Positions 25,701-52,776 of a stretch of DNA of 64,000 nt are shown here, piece after piece. Source of the DNA: Lingula anatina (lineage: Eukaryota; Animalia; Brachiopoda); assembly GCA_051362555.1 (NCBI GenBank), contig CM120642.1, positions 25,544,001 to 25,608,000 of the forward strand, in the 5' to 3' direction. Both the position numbers and the translations under genes were made by a program. The notes below the pieces were generated by a model. The model made no database searches and was not told where the DNA came from. It saw nothing but the letters and a program-made list of their open reading frames with translations. Each line of letters opens with the position of its first letter. Position 1 is the stretch's first letter.

Positions 25701-28700
25701 TTTGACAAAGGTAAAAGAAGCAAAAATTTGATTATTTTACTCCTGAGTATTTGTATATTTGTATCAAAACAAAACCAAGCTGTTTTAGAAATGTGTTTTG
25801 TGTGATACAAATATATATGCTTTCCTTGTAAATTTGATATCATGGACCTTTTTTTATCTTAAAGACACATTGACATTTCCAAAGCATGCATCCTCTTAAC
25901 TTTCTTCCCACAGAGCATGTCTGATTATTGTTGATTGCCTGAGCAGTTAACTGCACACCAAATTACCTCCAAATATGTTAGTGCTTCTTCTTTCAAACAA
26001 AAGAGAATGCAATGGAAAATATAGTAACATCAACAGAGTTTTAGGAGCCACTTGCCCTTGGATAGTTTTTCAACGTTAAAGATAATTGACTTTGGCCAAA
26101 TGAGTATTATTATTATTATTATTATTATTATTGCTTTATTTTTTGTTTCTTATTATTTTACTTAATTGTCACTTAAGCGGGAAATAAGTTCTTTTGTTGA
26201 AACAAAAATGTTTCAGTGACCACAGGATTAATGTAATAAGCTTTGTGATAAAAATAACTGTTTCATCTTTAAGTGCTTTGCTAAGAACCCCGTCATGGTT
26301 TGTAACATGTTTACATATATAATTGCGATTTATCTCTATTGTAAATTATCTCTTGCAAATGTAACCAACTTTTGCTGTGCTAGATTGTTTTATTTATTTT
26401 TAGTTATTTTGATTTTATTTGCTTGTATTTCGTGATTTCTATGTATTTTTTTTTCCAGTTATCTGTATTGATTTAATTTATATTTAGGAAGAACTTCTTA
26501 CTTTTGATTTACTATATCAAGTCGATTCCTCAGCTTGCTTTTGTTTAACAAACTTTTAGCAGAATATTTATTTTTACTTATCTTAAACTATTGATGTGTA
26601 GCTGAAACACCCTGATTAATGGTCATATTGTTGCCAAGAAGAACTCTCAGTTAATATAATCTCTGAATATATTGTGTATGTTTCTTACATGCATTTTCAA
26701 TTAAATGCTCCAGAAATTAAATTGAATGCACATTTGGTTTTACAACTTGTTGAGCTGTCTTAAATTCCAGCAAAATGGGCAATTTCATGGTGTTTAAGTG
26801 TTTGGCCTGCAGTGGACATCACTTTGAAATTGCCCACATCTGTTATTTCTCTTCTGTAGATTCAGTCCTGAGTCCTGTGCAGGCACCTAGTGCAGGCAAG
26901 ACTGACAATCCCAAAACTTCTTCCAAGAGCAGTGTTGGCAAGGGTCAGTAAATTGCTGGGCTCTGCTTTACTTGCTTATGTTATGGGTGATTTTCAGCCT
27001 ATACATCAGGTCTATCCAGAAAATATATAAAATTTGTAATGATAGCTAAATATGCCTAATCATATATAAAAATTTAATTGCAGCAAAGTTTTTGAAAAGA
27101 TTCAACTTTGATGAATACATAGGCATTTTATTGGAATGTTTTTCATATATTAATTTATTGACAATGCAATTTACAGGATACAAATTATTTTCTATGCAAA
27201 TAATATCCTTTTGATAATTGGAATGGGTTTTCATCAGTTCACAGCTTGTTGGCAATTTAGCTGTCTTCTGAGATCTGCAATCATTCACCTGCTTCAATTT
27301 GAGTTCATTGAGGCATATCTCATTTGGAGAAAAAGTCATTACCAATGTTTTTTTTTTTTTTTTTTTTTTTTTTTGGCATTTATGTAATTTTTTATGCTAA
27401 AATGATTTTAGCCTACAGCATTGCTATTTCAAATAAGATTTGATCTTATTTTCATAAGGTGGAGGAAACCTAAGTTGTAAATAATTGATATGTAGCTCTT
27501 GTTGTATTTTGCAATACACAAATAAAGTGGCATCATACACTTTAGTAAGAGGTCATCGATTTTTATCACCATTTTCACAAGTCTACAAACCGTATGCTTG
27601 TGTGTGTGGTGGGGGGCTGATAATTCCCACTGTACGCTTTTGAAAAATAGTAAAAATGACGATGGAGATTGGTGTCAAAGGTCATCATTTTTAGCTTTTT
27701 TACCTAAAGCTGTAGTCTCTTGGGGAGGGGGGGGGGTTCTGGAAAAGTCTACTCTTTTTAGACTTGTAAATATGATGATAATGGATGAAAAATGAAGCTG
27801 ATGGGAAATATATTCATTATATTTGAATAGCATACATTTGTATGCAGATTTTGACGATAAATGTTCCTTAGTATCTCCATGCATTTTCTACTCAGTTAAC
27901 TTGGTGGCCAGCACTTGGATAATGTTTTCATTGGGGAATGGGTTATAAAAATGTTATCAGGGGATTAGAAGTTTATTTCCCTAAAAGCTCCATGCTATCG
28001 CATTTCTGTCACAAATGCAGACTGCACATTTTTGGCTGACCCACAGACTCAGAAACTAACAGCTACTAACAGGGTATGTGGGACTTGCTGTTACCAGCTT
28101 GTTTATGCAGGATCCAAAATCAAAGAGTCAATTTGTGATAAATGAGTTCTTATTTTGAAATACTGTTATCTGTGCTTATCATCCAAAGGCCTATTTGCAG
28201 GCATTTCATTTTGTTGGAAATTTGTGAAAGTTTTGTGGTTTGATTTGTCATATAATAAAATATCAAATTTATTTTTGTTGGTATTATGCCCTCTGTTCAC
28301 TTTTGATAATGAAATCTCTGGCAATGCATGTGCTTTCCAATTCCACCAACTGCCCCTTTTATTTTGGAGTGCATCCTGTAGGACTCATAAAATAAATCCT
28401 CTCTCAATTTTACTTATTGACACTAACACCGGCCAGGTAACAAAGTCTTTATATAGAAGTATGGGGTTTTGTTGCAAAGATATCAATTGCTTCAATTAAA
28501 TATTGTCTTTTCGAATAGGATAACATGAATCAGATGTATTATTCTTGTTCAAATATGAGTAAGTACTCACCCATTCATGTAGTATTTTATACAACCTTTA
28601 GGTTATTTCAATAATTCTCAATAATCCTGTTTTTTCACTTACTGTTACAGACCAAGACCTATTAGTTATGGTATCTCAAAGGCAACACTAGGACATTATT

Positions 28701-29618
28701 TACAACAATAAAATAAAATTATGAATTCCAAACTATGAATTCCACATTTTTTTTTTTTAAATTTCAGATCCATCTTCTCACATGATTCTTGACCACAGAG
28801 ATGACACTCAGATGTCCAATAAGAGCAACAGCTCAACCTCAGTCAAAAAAGAGAAGAAAGAGATTTCCTCAGCCACTTCGATAGCTGCTACGGTGGCTGC
28901 TGTTGCAGCAGGCACCACCACCCCAATTACGTCGGACGTTGAACCAAAGATGGAGAAGGTGATGCAGAAGAGACAGCGGAGGCAAAAGAGAGAAAGGACG
29001 GAAAGTGTTAGCAAAGAAGAAGAAAAGAAGGTAAGTTCATTTATAGTCTTGGATAGTTCCCAGCTAAGAGAAAGAAAAGAGTGTTTGGAATTTGGGAAAC
29101 TTTGGAAGACTAGTATAAATTTTGTTTTATATAATGGTCTGTTTATGTTATTTGGGCTACAATATCACATTTTTGCTGATCCTTTTTATCAGCAGCATAT
29201 TTTTGGTGGAAATTATTCAGAAATAGATATATTTCAGACATCAGTAAGTCTTTTACTTTATACCAAAACATTTTACAATTCAATAATTTAAATATCAACA
29301 ATTCCTTTACTTTATGCTAAAACATTTTACAATTCATTTTAGGAGGAAAAAGAAAAGGTGAAGAAAAAGAAGAAACGCAAAGTTAAGAAAGAAAAAGAAG
29401 ACCAGAGAATAGAGAACCCTATTGATCCAGAAGAACCTACTTTCTGTTTATGTGATCAGATATCTTATGGAGAAATGATTGCTTGCGATAATGAACAGTG
29501 TGAAATTGAATGGTTCCATTTTAACTGTGTACAGCTCTCTACAAAACCAAAAGGGAAATGGTTTTGTCCTAACTGCAGGGGAGATAAAAGTAATGTAAAA
29601 AGGGCAGATCTAAAATGA
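22758..29618 (+). CDS. ING1: Inhibitor of growth protein 1/2 (ING domain + PHD finger)
   Basis: Exons 22758-22899 ([43 protein letters not shown]), 23911-24114 ([24 protein letters not shown]), 28768-29030, 29343-29618 (basic [52 protein letters not shown]). Likely co-ortholog of vertebrate ING1/ING2. Confidence 0.93.
25408..25485 (+). CDS. Candidate ING cassette exon A (78 nt, phase 1-1)
   Basis: TTTTTTCTTTCTGTAG acceptor, open frame (D)[31 protein letters not shown] donor. Confidence 0.6.
26860..26943 (+). CDS. Candidate ING cassette exon B (84 nt, phase 1-1)
   Basis: TTTCTCTTCTGTAG acceptor, open frame (D)[33 protein letters not shown] donor. Confidence 0.62.
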
Positions 29619-30409
29619 CTAATTAATTAGACGCATGCCAGAATGACATATGCTATTTGACAAAGAAGCAGGAAACTTTCAATCTTGCTCTGATATGTAG
29701 ATGTCTGGTTCTTACTGAACAACGAGAGGTATAGAAATAGTGTAAAAAGACACTGCTGGTGTGACTCTGTGAGCAGGCTGCACCAAAATATTGATTCATG
29801 TTAATGGTATGGTCAGATTCTCACTTTGGGATAATTTCATATGAAGTTAGTTCGGTCTGTATTTCTTTTCAAACTGCAAAGAGTGAAAAGTTTGGTATAC
29901 AGGTGTAATAGTGCATATCTGATGTTTTGAATAATTTTAATGTAAATTACTGTTATGACTGTTATGTTGTCAGGTCAGAATCTATTCAATCTTCATTTTG
30001 TAATGTAAAAATCTGTAAGTGATACATGATACAAGGTAAATGCATTAATTTTAGCATCATGGAACATGTAAGCCATCTATCAGGGATAGCTGTTAAGTGG
30101 ATATTCTTGTAACATTACATGTAGTTGAGTATCTTTCATTTAGGTGTAACAGATTAAGTGTATTTAAGCAGCTCTGTATTTTGAGAGATTGCTTTTTTTT
30201 TTTTTTTTTCAAATTGAAAATTAAAAGAAAATATGCACAGAAACACTATTTACAATAACTGGGTGAATATAAAATATGAAATAAAAACATGGAATTTCAA
30301 ATGAAGTTTCTTTTTTGCTCACACAAAAGAATGTGTTTCCCTTGTGTGGTCAGTACATTTTCTAATATAACTAATTTTCATTTAAGTACACTGCATCGTA
30401 CTTGTATAA

Positions 30410-30565
30410 GGGCCTGTTTAGAACCAGTTGATCCATGGACTAACTAGGCCACAGATCAGATATATCACATCCTTGACAATGGATTCCCATCTCCCATGCA
30501 AGCCATCCCTGTAGGGTTAAAGCAATTAAAGTTAGTCCGTGGATCAACTGGTCCTGAACAGGCCC
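30410..30565. mobile_element. Short Harbinger-like MITE (about 156 bp)
   Basis: GGGCCTGTTTAGAACCAGTTGATCCATGGACTAACT versus AGTTAGTCCGTGGATCAACTGGTCCTGAACAGGCCC; flanks TAA/TAG. Confidence 0.8.
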
Positions 30566-30852
30566 TAGAATACTTTGTTCCGTAACAGTGCAATTTATAA
30601 GTACATTTCAATTTGGCATGTTACGAGATAGTGGCAGCTTAATGGACACTTAAATTGACTGCAAGCACAAATGGAGACGTGGCATTTGATACAATCTACT
30701 AATTGAATGGTTGATTGTGATGAATAACTAAGAGAGAATTGCCTGGGGGGATAAATATATATAAAGAGAGAACAGGCAGATGCATTAATGTTTGCAAACT
30801 CCATACAGCAGTAGACACGTTAAAATCTGAAGTGCGTGGCACAGTTGGAAAA

Positions 30853-32784
30853 ATGGGGGCAGCCAATGGAAAAGTAAGTGATGACATTGCTTTGGTTGGT
30901 ATTGGCAATGGTCAGAGAAAAATCAGTGTGGCTTATCCTAACGGCATGTTAGATACTGAAGAAGCCAGCAAATGGTTGAAAGCATTAGCAACAGATGATC
31001 AAGATACTGTAAATTTCTATCTAGAATACCATGGTGACCACTTAGCTGATAATAAATTTTGCTATGACAGTGATCTAGAAATTGCTCCGTTTTGCAAAGA
31101 GTTTTGCCTTCCTCTTGCCATTTGTGCTTTCCAAGGAGCATTGAATTGTATCAAAGTTTTACTAAGCAATGGAGCCAAAGCCGATGTTGTGGACGTTGGT
31201 CTTAACAATATTATCCATGCAATGGCTTGGGGGTTCCATATCTGGCCACAAAATGAGCGGAAATACTTGGAAATTTATAAAGTTCTTTGCTCTGAATTGG
31301 ACCTGGATACATTGGCAATTCTGCTTCATGGTAAAAACGACCTTGGCCTGAAACCAGTAGAATTAGCTGCAGCTCTAGGAAGTCTGGGGCTTATTGAAGC
31401 TATTTTCAACACAGAGGGTGTTTACATGAAACCATACAGAACTTGTGGCTTGAAGCAGATCCTTTGGTATGATATTACAGAATATCATCCATCTACTCCA
31501 AATGGGCGCCTGCTGAAGTCTCCGCTCTTCATGTTAACCAGACTGGATTCCAAACACCTAAACAATGCAGATACTCACAGGTGCCTGACGTCTCCCTTGA
31601 TTCAGTCTTGGGTAAGGGCTGGAACAAAAAATATAAGATTTTCCCTGGCTTTAAGTGTTATTTGGAGATGTCTATACACACTGTTGTTTTGGTACACCGT
31701 CCTGAGCTTTCAGATAAGCATGGTGATTAAGCAAGAATTCTCCAAGCTGCCTACCCTTGCTAACGTATCCAATGAAAATGCTGAAATTTGTAGCCAAATG
31801 TCGGGTGAATCTACCAATGGCAGTTTGAGGGGGAACACCACATACATGATAACCTCCAGCATGGCCAATGAACAGTCACCTCCCTGTAAGCCGCCTCAGA
31901 ATCCTGAACTACCAACCTGTTTACATACCATTATTTCTCAAAGCTCCAATATTTTCCAGTACCATGCATCAGAAGCACTGGTCTATGTGATTTTGGCATT
32001 TGCAACAGTCAAACTCTTGGGGCAATTGCTGGACTTTTTTGCAGTTGTCTGGAGAAGTCACCAACCAGAATATACATTTTTAAAATTGTTCAGGAATCGA
32101 TCAACCATACTTTTTTTGTATACATATAAAGTAATTGATATCTTTCAGAATATTTTCATTATTATTGGTATAAGTATGCACACGTACGCAGCCACAAGTA
32201 ACTCATATGGTTATCTGTTTCTTTCAGTAGCTTGCATATTCAATATTTGGTATGTTTTGTATGTTGCACAGGTAATGCCACAGATTGGTTACTTTGTTAT
32301 TGCTTTTCAGAGAATGATTGCAGATTTCATGCAATTTTTGATTCTGTTGATGCTAGTTCACATCTCTTTTTCTGTTGTGTTCTATGGGATACTTCGTGAG
32401 CATTGCATTGATGGGTATGAAGACTTTTTCGCAAGTTTTTACTCATCCTTTAAGATAATGCTTAACATGGAGGACATTGTAGGAAAGTTGGATACTCAAG
32501 AAAGCACTGTTACTCTTATTATTTTACACATATTGTATGTGTTTGCCATTCCCATTCTTTTGGTGAATTTTCTCATTGGAGCAATATCAGCTTCTGTGGC
32601 AAACATTGAGGACAACAAAGACATTATAATGACTCTCCAGAGAGCTCTTATTGTGTTTGAGAATGAACGTCTGCTCAGAGGAATACCCTTGGTGGACAAA
32701 TGGATAGGTGGAGCTGGTGTTGTAAGGAAAGATGGGAGGGTGTACCTTACTGTAAATTGTCTTCTTCAGCTTCCTGGACAATAA
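30853..32784 (+). CDS. Intronless TRPV-like (ankyrin repeat + 6TM) cation channel
   Basis: Single ORF, first ATG at 30853. Ankyrin-like repeats (LPLAICAFQGALNCIKVLLSNGA, NNIIHAM, NDLGLKPVELAAALGS), linker WYDITEY, hydrophobic helices, S4-S5 IGYFVIAFQRMIADFMQF, pore helix FFASFYSSFKIMLNMED, S6 ILLVNFLIGAIS and TRP-like helix. TATAAA at 30760-30765. Confidence 0.85.
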   Translation: MGAANGKVSDDIALVGIGNGQRKISVAYPNGMLDTEEASKWLKALATDDQDTVNFYLEYHGDHLADNKFCYDSDLEIAPFCKEFCLPLAICAFQGALNCIKVLLSNGAKADVVDVGLNNIIHAMAWGFHIWPQNERKYLEIYKVLCSELDLDTLAILLHGKNDLGLKPVELAAALGSLGLIEAIFNTEGVYMKPYRTCGLKQILWYDITEYHPSTPNGRLLKSPLFMLTRLDSKHLNNADTHRCLTSPLIQSWVRAGTKNIRFSLALSVIWRCLYTLLFWYTVLSFQISMVIKQEFSKLPTLANVSNENAEICSQMSGESTNGSLRGNTTYMITSSMANEQSPPCKPPQNPELPTCLHTIISQSSNIFQYHASEALVYVILAFATVKLLGQLLDFFAVVWRSHQPEYTFLKLFRNRSTILFLYTYKVIDIFQNIFIIIGISMHTYAATSNSYGYLFLSVACIFNIWYVLYVAQVMPQIGYFVIAFQRMIADFMQFLILLMLVHISFSVVFYGILREHCIDGYEDFFASFYSSFKIMLNMEDIVGKLDTQESTVTLIILHILYVFAIPILLVNFLIGAISASVANIEDNKDIIMTLQRALIVFENERLLRGIPLVDKWIGGAGVVRKDGRVYLTVNCLLQLPGQ

Positions 32785-32838
32785 GGGACATGCAGAGTGA
32801 CAGAATCATTTCATATAATTGGCATGTCAAGTTTTAAT

Positions 32839-35150
32839 ACTAGAGGATCAGAGAGGCGATACCGCCTCCGGATATTGTACCACCAGCTGGAGTAAGCGCA
32901 TTCGTATGGACCCCCCCCCCCCTCCTAAAAGGGACACCATCACCAGTCTGGTGTTTGACAAGCTCTATAAGATGCAATCAACAAGAGTTCTCAAAATATG
33001 CAAAAAAATATGACTAAAAATGATACAATCAAGCAGAATTTTGAATTGACTTGCATTTTCATACCCTTGATCACTCCTGTATTCTCTAGACAAAAGGCCT
33101 ATTGGTTTTCCTTGAAATACGTTGTCAATGGTGCATATATGCTGACAAAAGATAAAACCTAGGGGAAACAATGGGGACATCTCTGCTAGATTTAAAGATA
33201 TGAGAGGCAAGAAAATATGCAAAGCTCAATTCATGGTGAAAAAGTAGGTCAAAGGTCAATTTCAATATCATAGTATATGAATTTCTATTCAAGTTCAATA
33301 GCAACCATGGGCATTTCTTTGCCAATTTTGCAGATTTAAAGGCCAGAAAACATGCAAAAAGCAGTTCATCATAAAAAGTAGGTCAAAGGTCAATTTCAAG
33401 GTCACAGATTGCTAGTGTACTTCCTATTCAAGTTCAATAGTAACTATGGACCTATCTCTGTCAGTTTTGAAGATAAAGGTGAACGAAAATTTGCTAAGTT
33501 CAGTTCATAGTAAAAAGACGGTCAAAGGTCAATTTTAAGGTCACAGTAAATTGCCAGTATATGACTTCCTATTTAAGTTCAATAGTAACTATGGACCTAT
33601 CTCTGCCAGTTTTGGAGATAAAAGGGAAAGAAAATCTGCAAAGTTCAATTCATGATGAAAAGTAGGTCAAAGGTCAATTTCAAGGTCCCACTTAGATTGC
33701 CAGTATATGACTTCCTATTCAAGTTCAATAGTAACTATGGACCTATCTCTGCCAGTTTTGGAGATAAAAGGGAACAAATATTTTCAAAGTTCAGTTCATG
33801 GTGAAAAGTAGGTTAAAGGTCAATTTTAAGGTCAAAATAAATTGCCTCTAATGACTTTCTATTCAAATTCAATAGTAACTATGGGCGTATCTTTGCCAGT
33901 TTTGGAGATAAAAGGGAACAAAAATTTGCAAAGTTCAGTTCATGGTAAAAAGTAGGTCAAAGGTCAAATTTAAGGTCATAGTAAATTGTCAGTATATGAC
34001 TTCCTATTCAAGTTCAATAGTGACTATGGACCTATCTCTGTCAGTTTTGGGGATTAAAGGGAACGAAAATTGGCAAAGTTCAATTCATGGTGAAAAGTAG
34101 GTCAAAGGTCAATTTTAAGGTCACTGTTAAATTGCCAGTATGTGACTTCCTATTCAAGTTCAATAGTAACTATTGACCTATCTCTGCCAGTTTTGGAGAT
34201 AAAAGTGAACAATAATTTGCAAAGTTCAGTTCATGGTGAAAAGTAGGTCAAAGGTCAATTTCAAGCTCACATCTAGATTGCAAGTAAATGACTTCCTATC
34301 CAACTTAAATAATAACTATTGACCTATCTCGGCCAGTTTTGGAGATATAAGGGACTAAATGTTACAATTCTGAGTTACAATAATGTGCCACCACAAAGTA
34401 CTTTTTAATACAGCATAACACGAAAACCGTTTGGAATACAAAAAAACGGAGACCACCTCCAGTGTTGGGCTTTACATGCTCTACAAAATGCAAAAAAGAA
34501 TGGGTCTCTAGCATTAACGGTTCCCGAATTAGAGACAGTTTTCAGTTTTGGCATCTTATGGCCGCTACTCCCAAGAAAATGCACCGATTGACCCCAAATT
34601 CATGGAGATGAAAGATGACCTGAAGGGTAACACTTTCCAATAATATTATTGGTTAAGTCTGTGTGGTGTCTGAATAACAGGGCAAATAATATTTTTTTTC
34701 TTAAAAAATTTCATTTTTTAAAAAATTTTGGCCCGTTTGACCTTGAAATAAAGGTCAAAGGTCAAATCCAAGGGCATATTTGAAATCTACACATATGACT
34801 TTTGGAAAGCTGTCTGTAGAAAATTTTCCCATAATTCCTTCCGTAGGGTAGATAATTGGCATTGAATTTTCAAAAATTTTGACAAGGGTGCATTTCAAGG
34901 AGCGTCACGCCCAGGTCAATGCAGCGACTGAGACAAAAAAACCTGGGGGTTCAAGTTGAGGTTATATGTGACCTAAATCCAAGAGATGGGGACAGGGGTC
35001 CTTGCGGTCTAGGAGGAGAAGCGGTAACGGTGACTTGTATCCGGCGCCAGTACGCGGAGCCGGCGGAGCCGGCGGAGCCGGCGGAGCCGGACGAGACGGG
35101 TCGGGACTAAAACCATGAGTACCGCCAGCGTACACGCTGGTTGTACTAAT
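32839..35150 (+). mobile_element. Helentron-associated (HINE-like) element with an internal array of about 145-bp repeats
   Basis: 5' ACTAGAGG with hairpin GAGGCGATACCGCCTC and subTIR GTACCACCAGC; 3' palindrome GTACCGCCAGCGTACACGCTGGTTGTAC; (GCCGGCGGA)n microsatellite at 35054-35090. Confidence 0.78.
33150..34355 (+). repeat. Tandem array, 8 copies of a unit of about 145 bp
   Basis: Anchor AGTAGGTCAAAGGTCAATT (with variants) at 33243, 33377, 33516, 33661, 33807, 33951, 34096, 34242 (spacing 134-146 bp). Confidence 0.92.
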
Positions 35151-36560
35151 AATGCCAGCCATGTGTAAAATTTACTGAGTATCAATATCACCAAACTTTA
35201 TGCTAAAATGAATTATGCCATCTGGACACTTATATTTGCATTTTTTTAAAATAAAAATTAAAATAACCATTCATTGGTGACGTGTTAGAAAATGTGCACT
35301 TTTTTGTGACAAGCATTACTAAATGTGCAAACAAGATACAGTATGACACACAAAAAATATAGTAAAGTCTCTGATCATCAATATTATGGTTATTTTAATC
35401 AATAATGTTGGTGTTTGGTCCATTTATGTTTGCATCATATGTCATTGTAATCAGTTAGAAGCTTTCTGCCAGAGACCTTTTATGTCTGCATAAACAGAAG
35501 TCAAAATGCTCTCCTACTAATATATCAAAAATGTTCATCAATCGGGGTTTCTGCCATTCATTTCATACGCTGAAAAAGACATCCCTTTCAGCAAATTCCA
35601 GACACTACTGCAAATGAGAAAAGAATGTCTTGATACCTTTTGTTGCAGAAAGTACATTCTATTTCGATTATGTGACATATGATCTCGTTTCATTGCCATT
35701 TTTATGCCACTGGTGGAATAAAAATGTGACACAGCCAAAAGAAGTTTGGTCTCCTTTTTATACACTAAAAGGAATCAAATCCTCTTTCTCTCATGTTTTA
35801 ATTGGTTCCCAATTACCTCAGTCTCATGATTGTAACTTATACTTTCAATTTGTTTCATTTTAAATATGAAGCTTCACCTATGCAACTTCATGATAAACAC
35901 AATTACGTATGTTACTATTCATCTTCACAAAAATTAATCTAGATATTAGTAGGAGGTATCAAAAAGAAAAAGCATTTATATAAATGATACTAGCAATAAA
36001 TAGATCTTTATTTCCCATTTAATATTAATTCAACCTACATAAATATTTTTTTTTAAATTAAAATTGATTTTAATACTTCCAACGACCATCTTTAAATGAT
36101 TACTAGAACAGACATCCAGAAGTCTACTAAAAAGTTTGTGAAAATATTATCTTAAATGAATGCCTGGTTATCTTAATGTACTTATTTTACCTTCACAATG
36201 TCTTAACATAAAATTAATATAACCAAGACAATTCTAAATAAAGTTTGTGTGAAAAGTTTCAATGACTCTTGCCACTGATGTGTAGTTCTCTCTCCCAATA
36301 GGTAAAGTAAGGTCACTAATGTCCCACAGTCTAGAGCATTTTTTATGTGTACTTTTGCAAGAAATGATCCAAACAGGGTTAAGACTCTTACTTGTAACCA
36401 TGATGGTATTCCAGGCAGCCACGTGCACTACTAACTTGAATCACAGCCTAGGAAAACTACCTGAAAATCAGCATCTATTTTCCTGCAGTATCAATGACAA
36501 TGTGCATTTGTCTGGACATGTTTTCAGCTTGTTACGATACTCCCCAGACAGAGCTTACTG

Positions 36561-50926
<14,366 letters not shown>

Positions 50927-51923
50927 TTAACTTTTAAATAAAATTTAAGAAAACCTCGAAAACGTGACTCCGTTCTCCTCCATGCTGGATTTCCAAAACC
51001 AAGACTAGGAAAAATTGTGATTGAATTTTGTCATTCCCCAGTACATACTAAAACATTGCCGCATATAAAAACCTAATAATTTACATTCTCATTGTACTGC
51101 AATAGAGATCTAACGTGAAATCACTGTTTTATGTACAATGTTGATTTTTTAAACTCTCGAGCTAGTTATTTTAGAGGTCTCTCATAACTTTTTACTGGGC
51201 AATTTTCCGATAGGCGGCACTGAGGTGCACGATTTCATGCGCATTGTCTTGGCTTAAACAATGAATTTAACACCATATATCCAATCCCTGGTAGAGCACG
51301 TCATCAATATGTATATGAAAGAGTGAAAGCTAACATTACTAAAAGATAAAAAAAACTTTTAATAAGTCCAGTGCCCTCTAGCGGGATAGCCCTTGGTCGA
51401 TAGCCTTGGTAGCCTTAACGTAACTTCTATCGAAATAGGCCTTCTTCTACTGAAGAGTCATCGATGCAGGTTGATGGATAAACTTACTTGACAGGTAAGC
51501 ATATCAAGACGCAGTTAAGTGCAAGTTTATTTTAGATAGACAAATAGGTTTGTTCGTATTCTGTAAGTACTAGTTATCCTTGAATTAAAGACGGATATAA
51601 AGAAGGCAGTGGTGATCCTACAAACTTAAAGCACCCGCTGTGTGAAGTTCATTTCAAGGTCAAATGAGTCAGTTTTTAAAGCACAAGAAATTTAAGCAAT
51701 TGCACATTTTGAGTATAACATACGGCCGTTTGTCTACCGCGGACAAAAATTCCCTTGCAATTGCAAGATCTGTAAGTTTCAGTAAATGTGTGCCACACCC
51801 CATTATATTTATATTTATAGTTTTTCATGTGACCATGCATGCCACTTCCTTGCCTTAGCTTCAGGCATAGTTTAAATCTAAACTTACCATGATATATGGC
51901 AAAGTTAAACATTCATCAATTAA

Positions 51924-52384
51924 AGGGCCACTCCATGGGATTTTTCTGCCAAAATGAATTTTTCTGGGGTAAATGGCTATTCTCCTCCTCATGATCTCAT
52001 TGCTTGACCCATCCCTGCACTTGGATTCAATGTTTTATTCCATTTTTAATTGAATAACTCTTTAGTTTAAATGACTGGCCAGTCAAATTAACAACATCTG
52101 CCATGTGCGCACCGCATTGTTTGTACACAAGAAAATGGCGAGGTGTTTTGTATTGCAGCCCCGAACCGTGTACTAGTATCATACCGAAGCTGCAAGCTGG
52201 CAATAATGGCTACCGAAGGAGGCTGAGAAGGACAAAAGGTATATGCTTCAGATAAACTTTTATTTAAAGGGTTTGTTGTCTTTAGATTCTTAATTAGGAA
52301 ATATAAGAAGCTTTGCATGACTTTGCGGGATTTTGAAATGTGGGGAGAAATTCATTTTGGCAGAAAAATTTGTGGAGTATTCCT
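51924..52384. mobile_element. Kolobok-like MITE in the presumed first intron of COQ2
   Basis: TTAA|AGGGCCACTCCA...TTTTTCTGCCAAAATGAATTT versus AAATTCATTTTGGCAGAAAAA...TGGAGTATTCCT|TTAA. Confidence 0.7.
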
Positions 52385-52776
52385 TTAAACTAGGCCACAT
52401 ATTTGAGGTCCAGTTAAAGTACATGATAATATTAGTTGTGTTAATTTAGTCCAAACTAGCAGATTACAGGGAAATTAACATTATGTCGAGGCATTTTTTT
52501 AAAGACCATGACACTCATACATGTTTGATGGAGCTTGCAAAAGTTGAACAAGTAGGTATGTGTGGTACATGGTGAATAAGCAGAATGTTAGTCAAAAATT
52601 ATTTTAGACAGCTGCATTTTATGTGATACTACATTGCTTTATATAAATTTAGCTCAAAGAATTATGCATTTTGTATTTATTTTATGATAACTACTACAGC
52701 TGGAACTTTTTGTCATTTCAGAGATTGGACAGCTATATGTTTCTATAAATGTGAAGAAGTCAACATACCAGTGATA

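Noticed and set aside
30739-30852. N-terminal extension of the TRPV-like ORF from the TTG start in the ORF track
   Set aside because: Non-ATG start that overlaps a TATA box; the ATG at 30853 has good context.
33150-34355. CRISPR-like regularly spaced repeats
   Set aside because: Whole units are homologous (no unique spacers), there are no cas genes and the context is eukaryotic; it is a satellite inside a transposon.
34919-35194. ORFs with AEP/PAP/LRR repeats
   Set aside because: Frames of the (GCCGGCGGA)n microsatellite at the element's 3' end.
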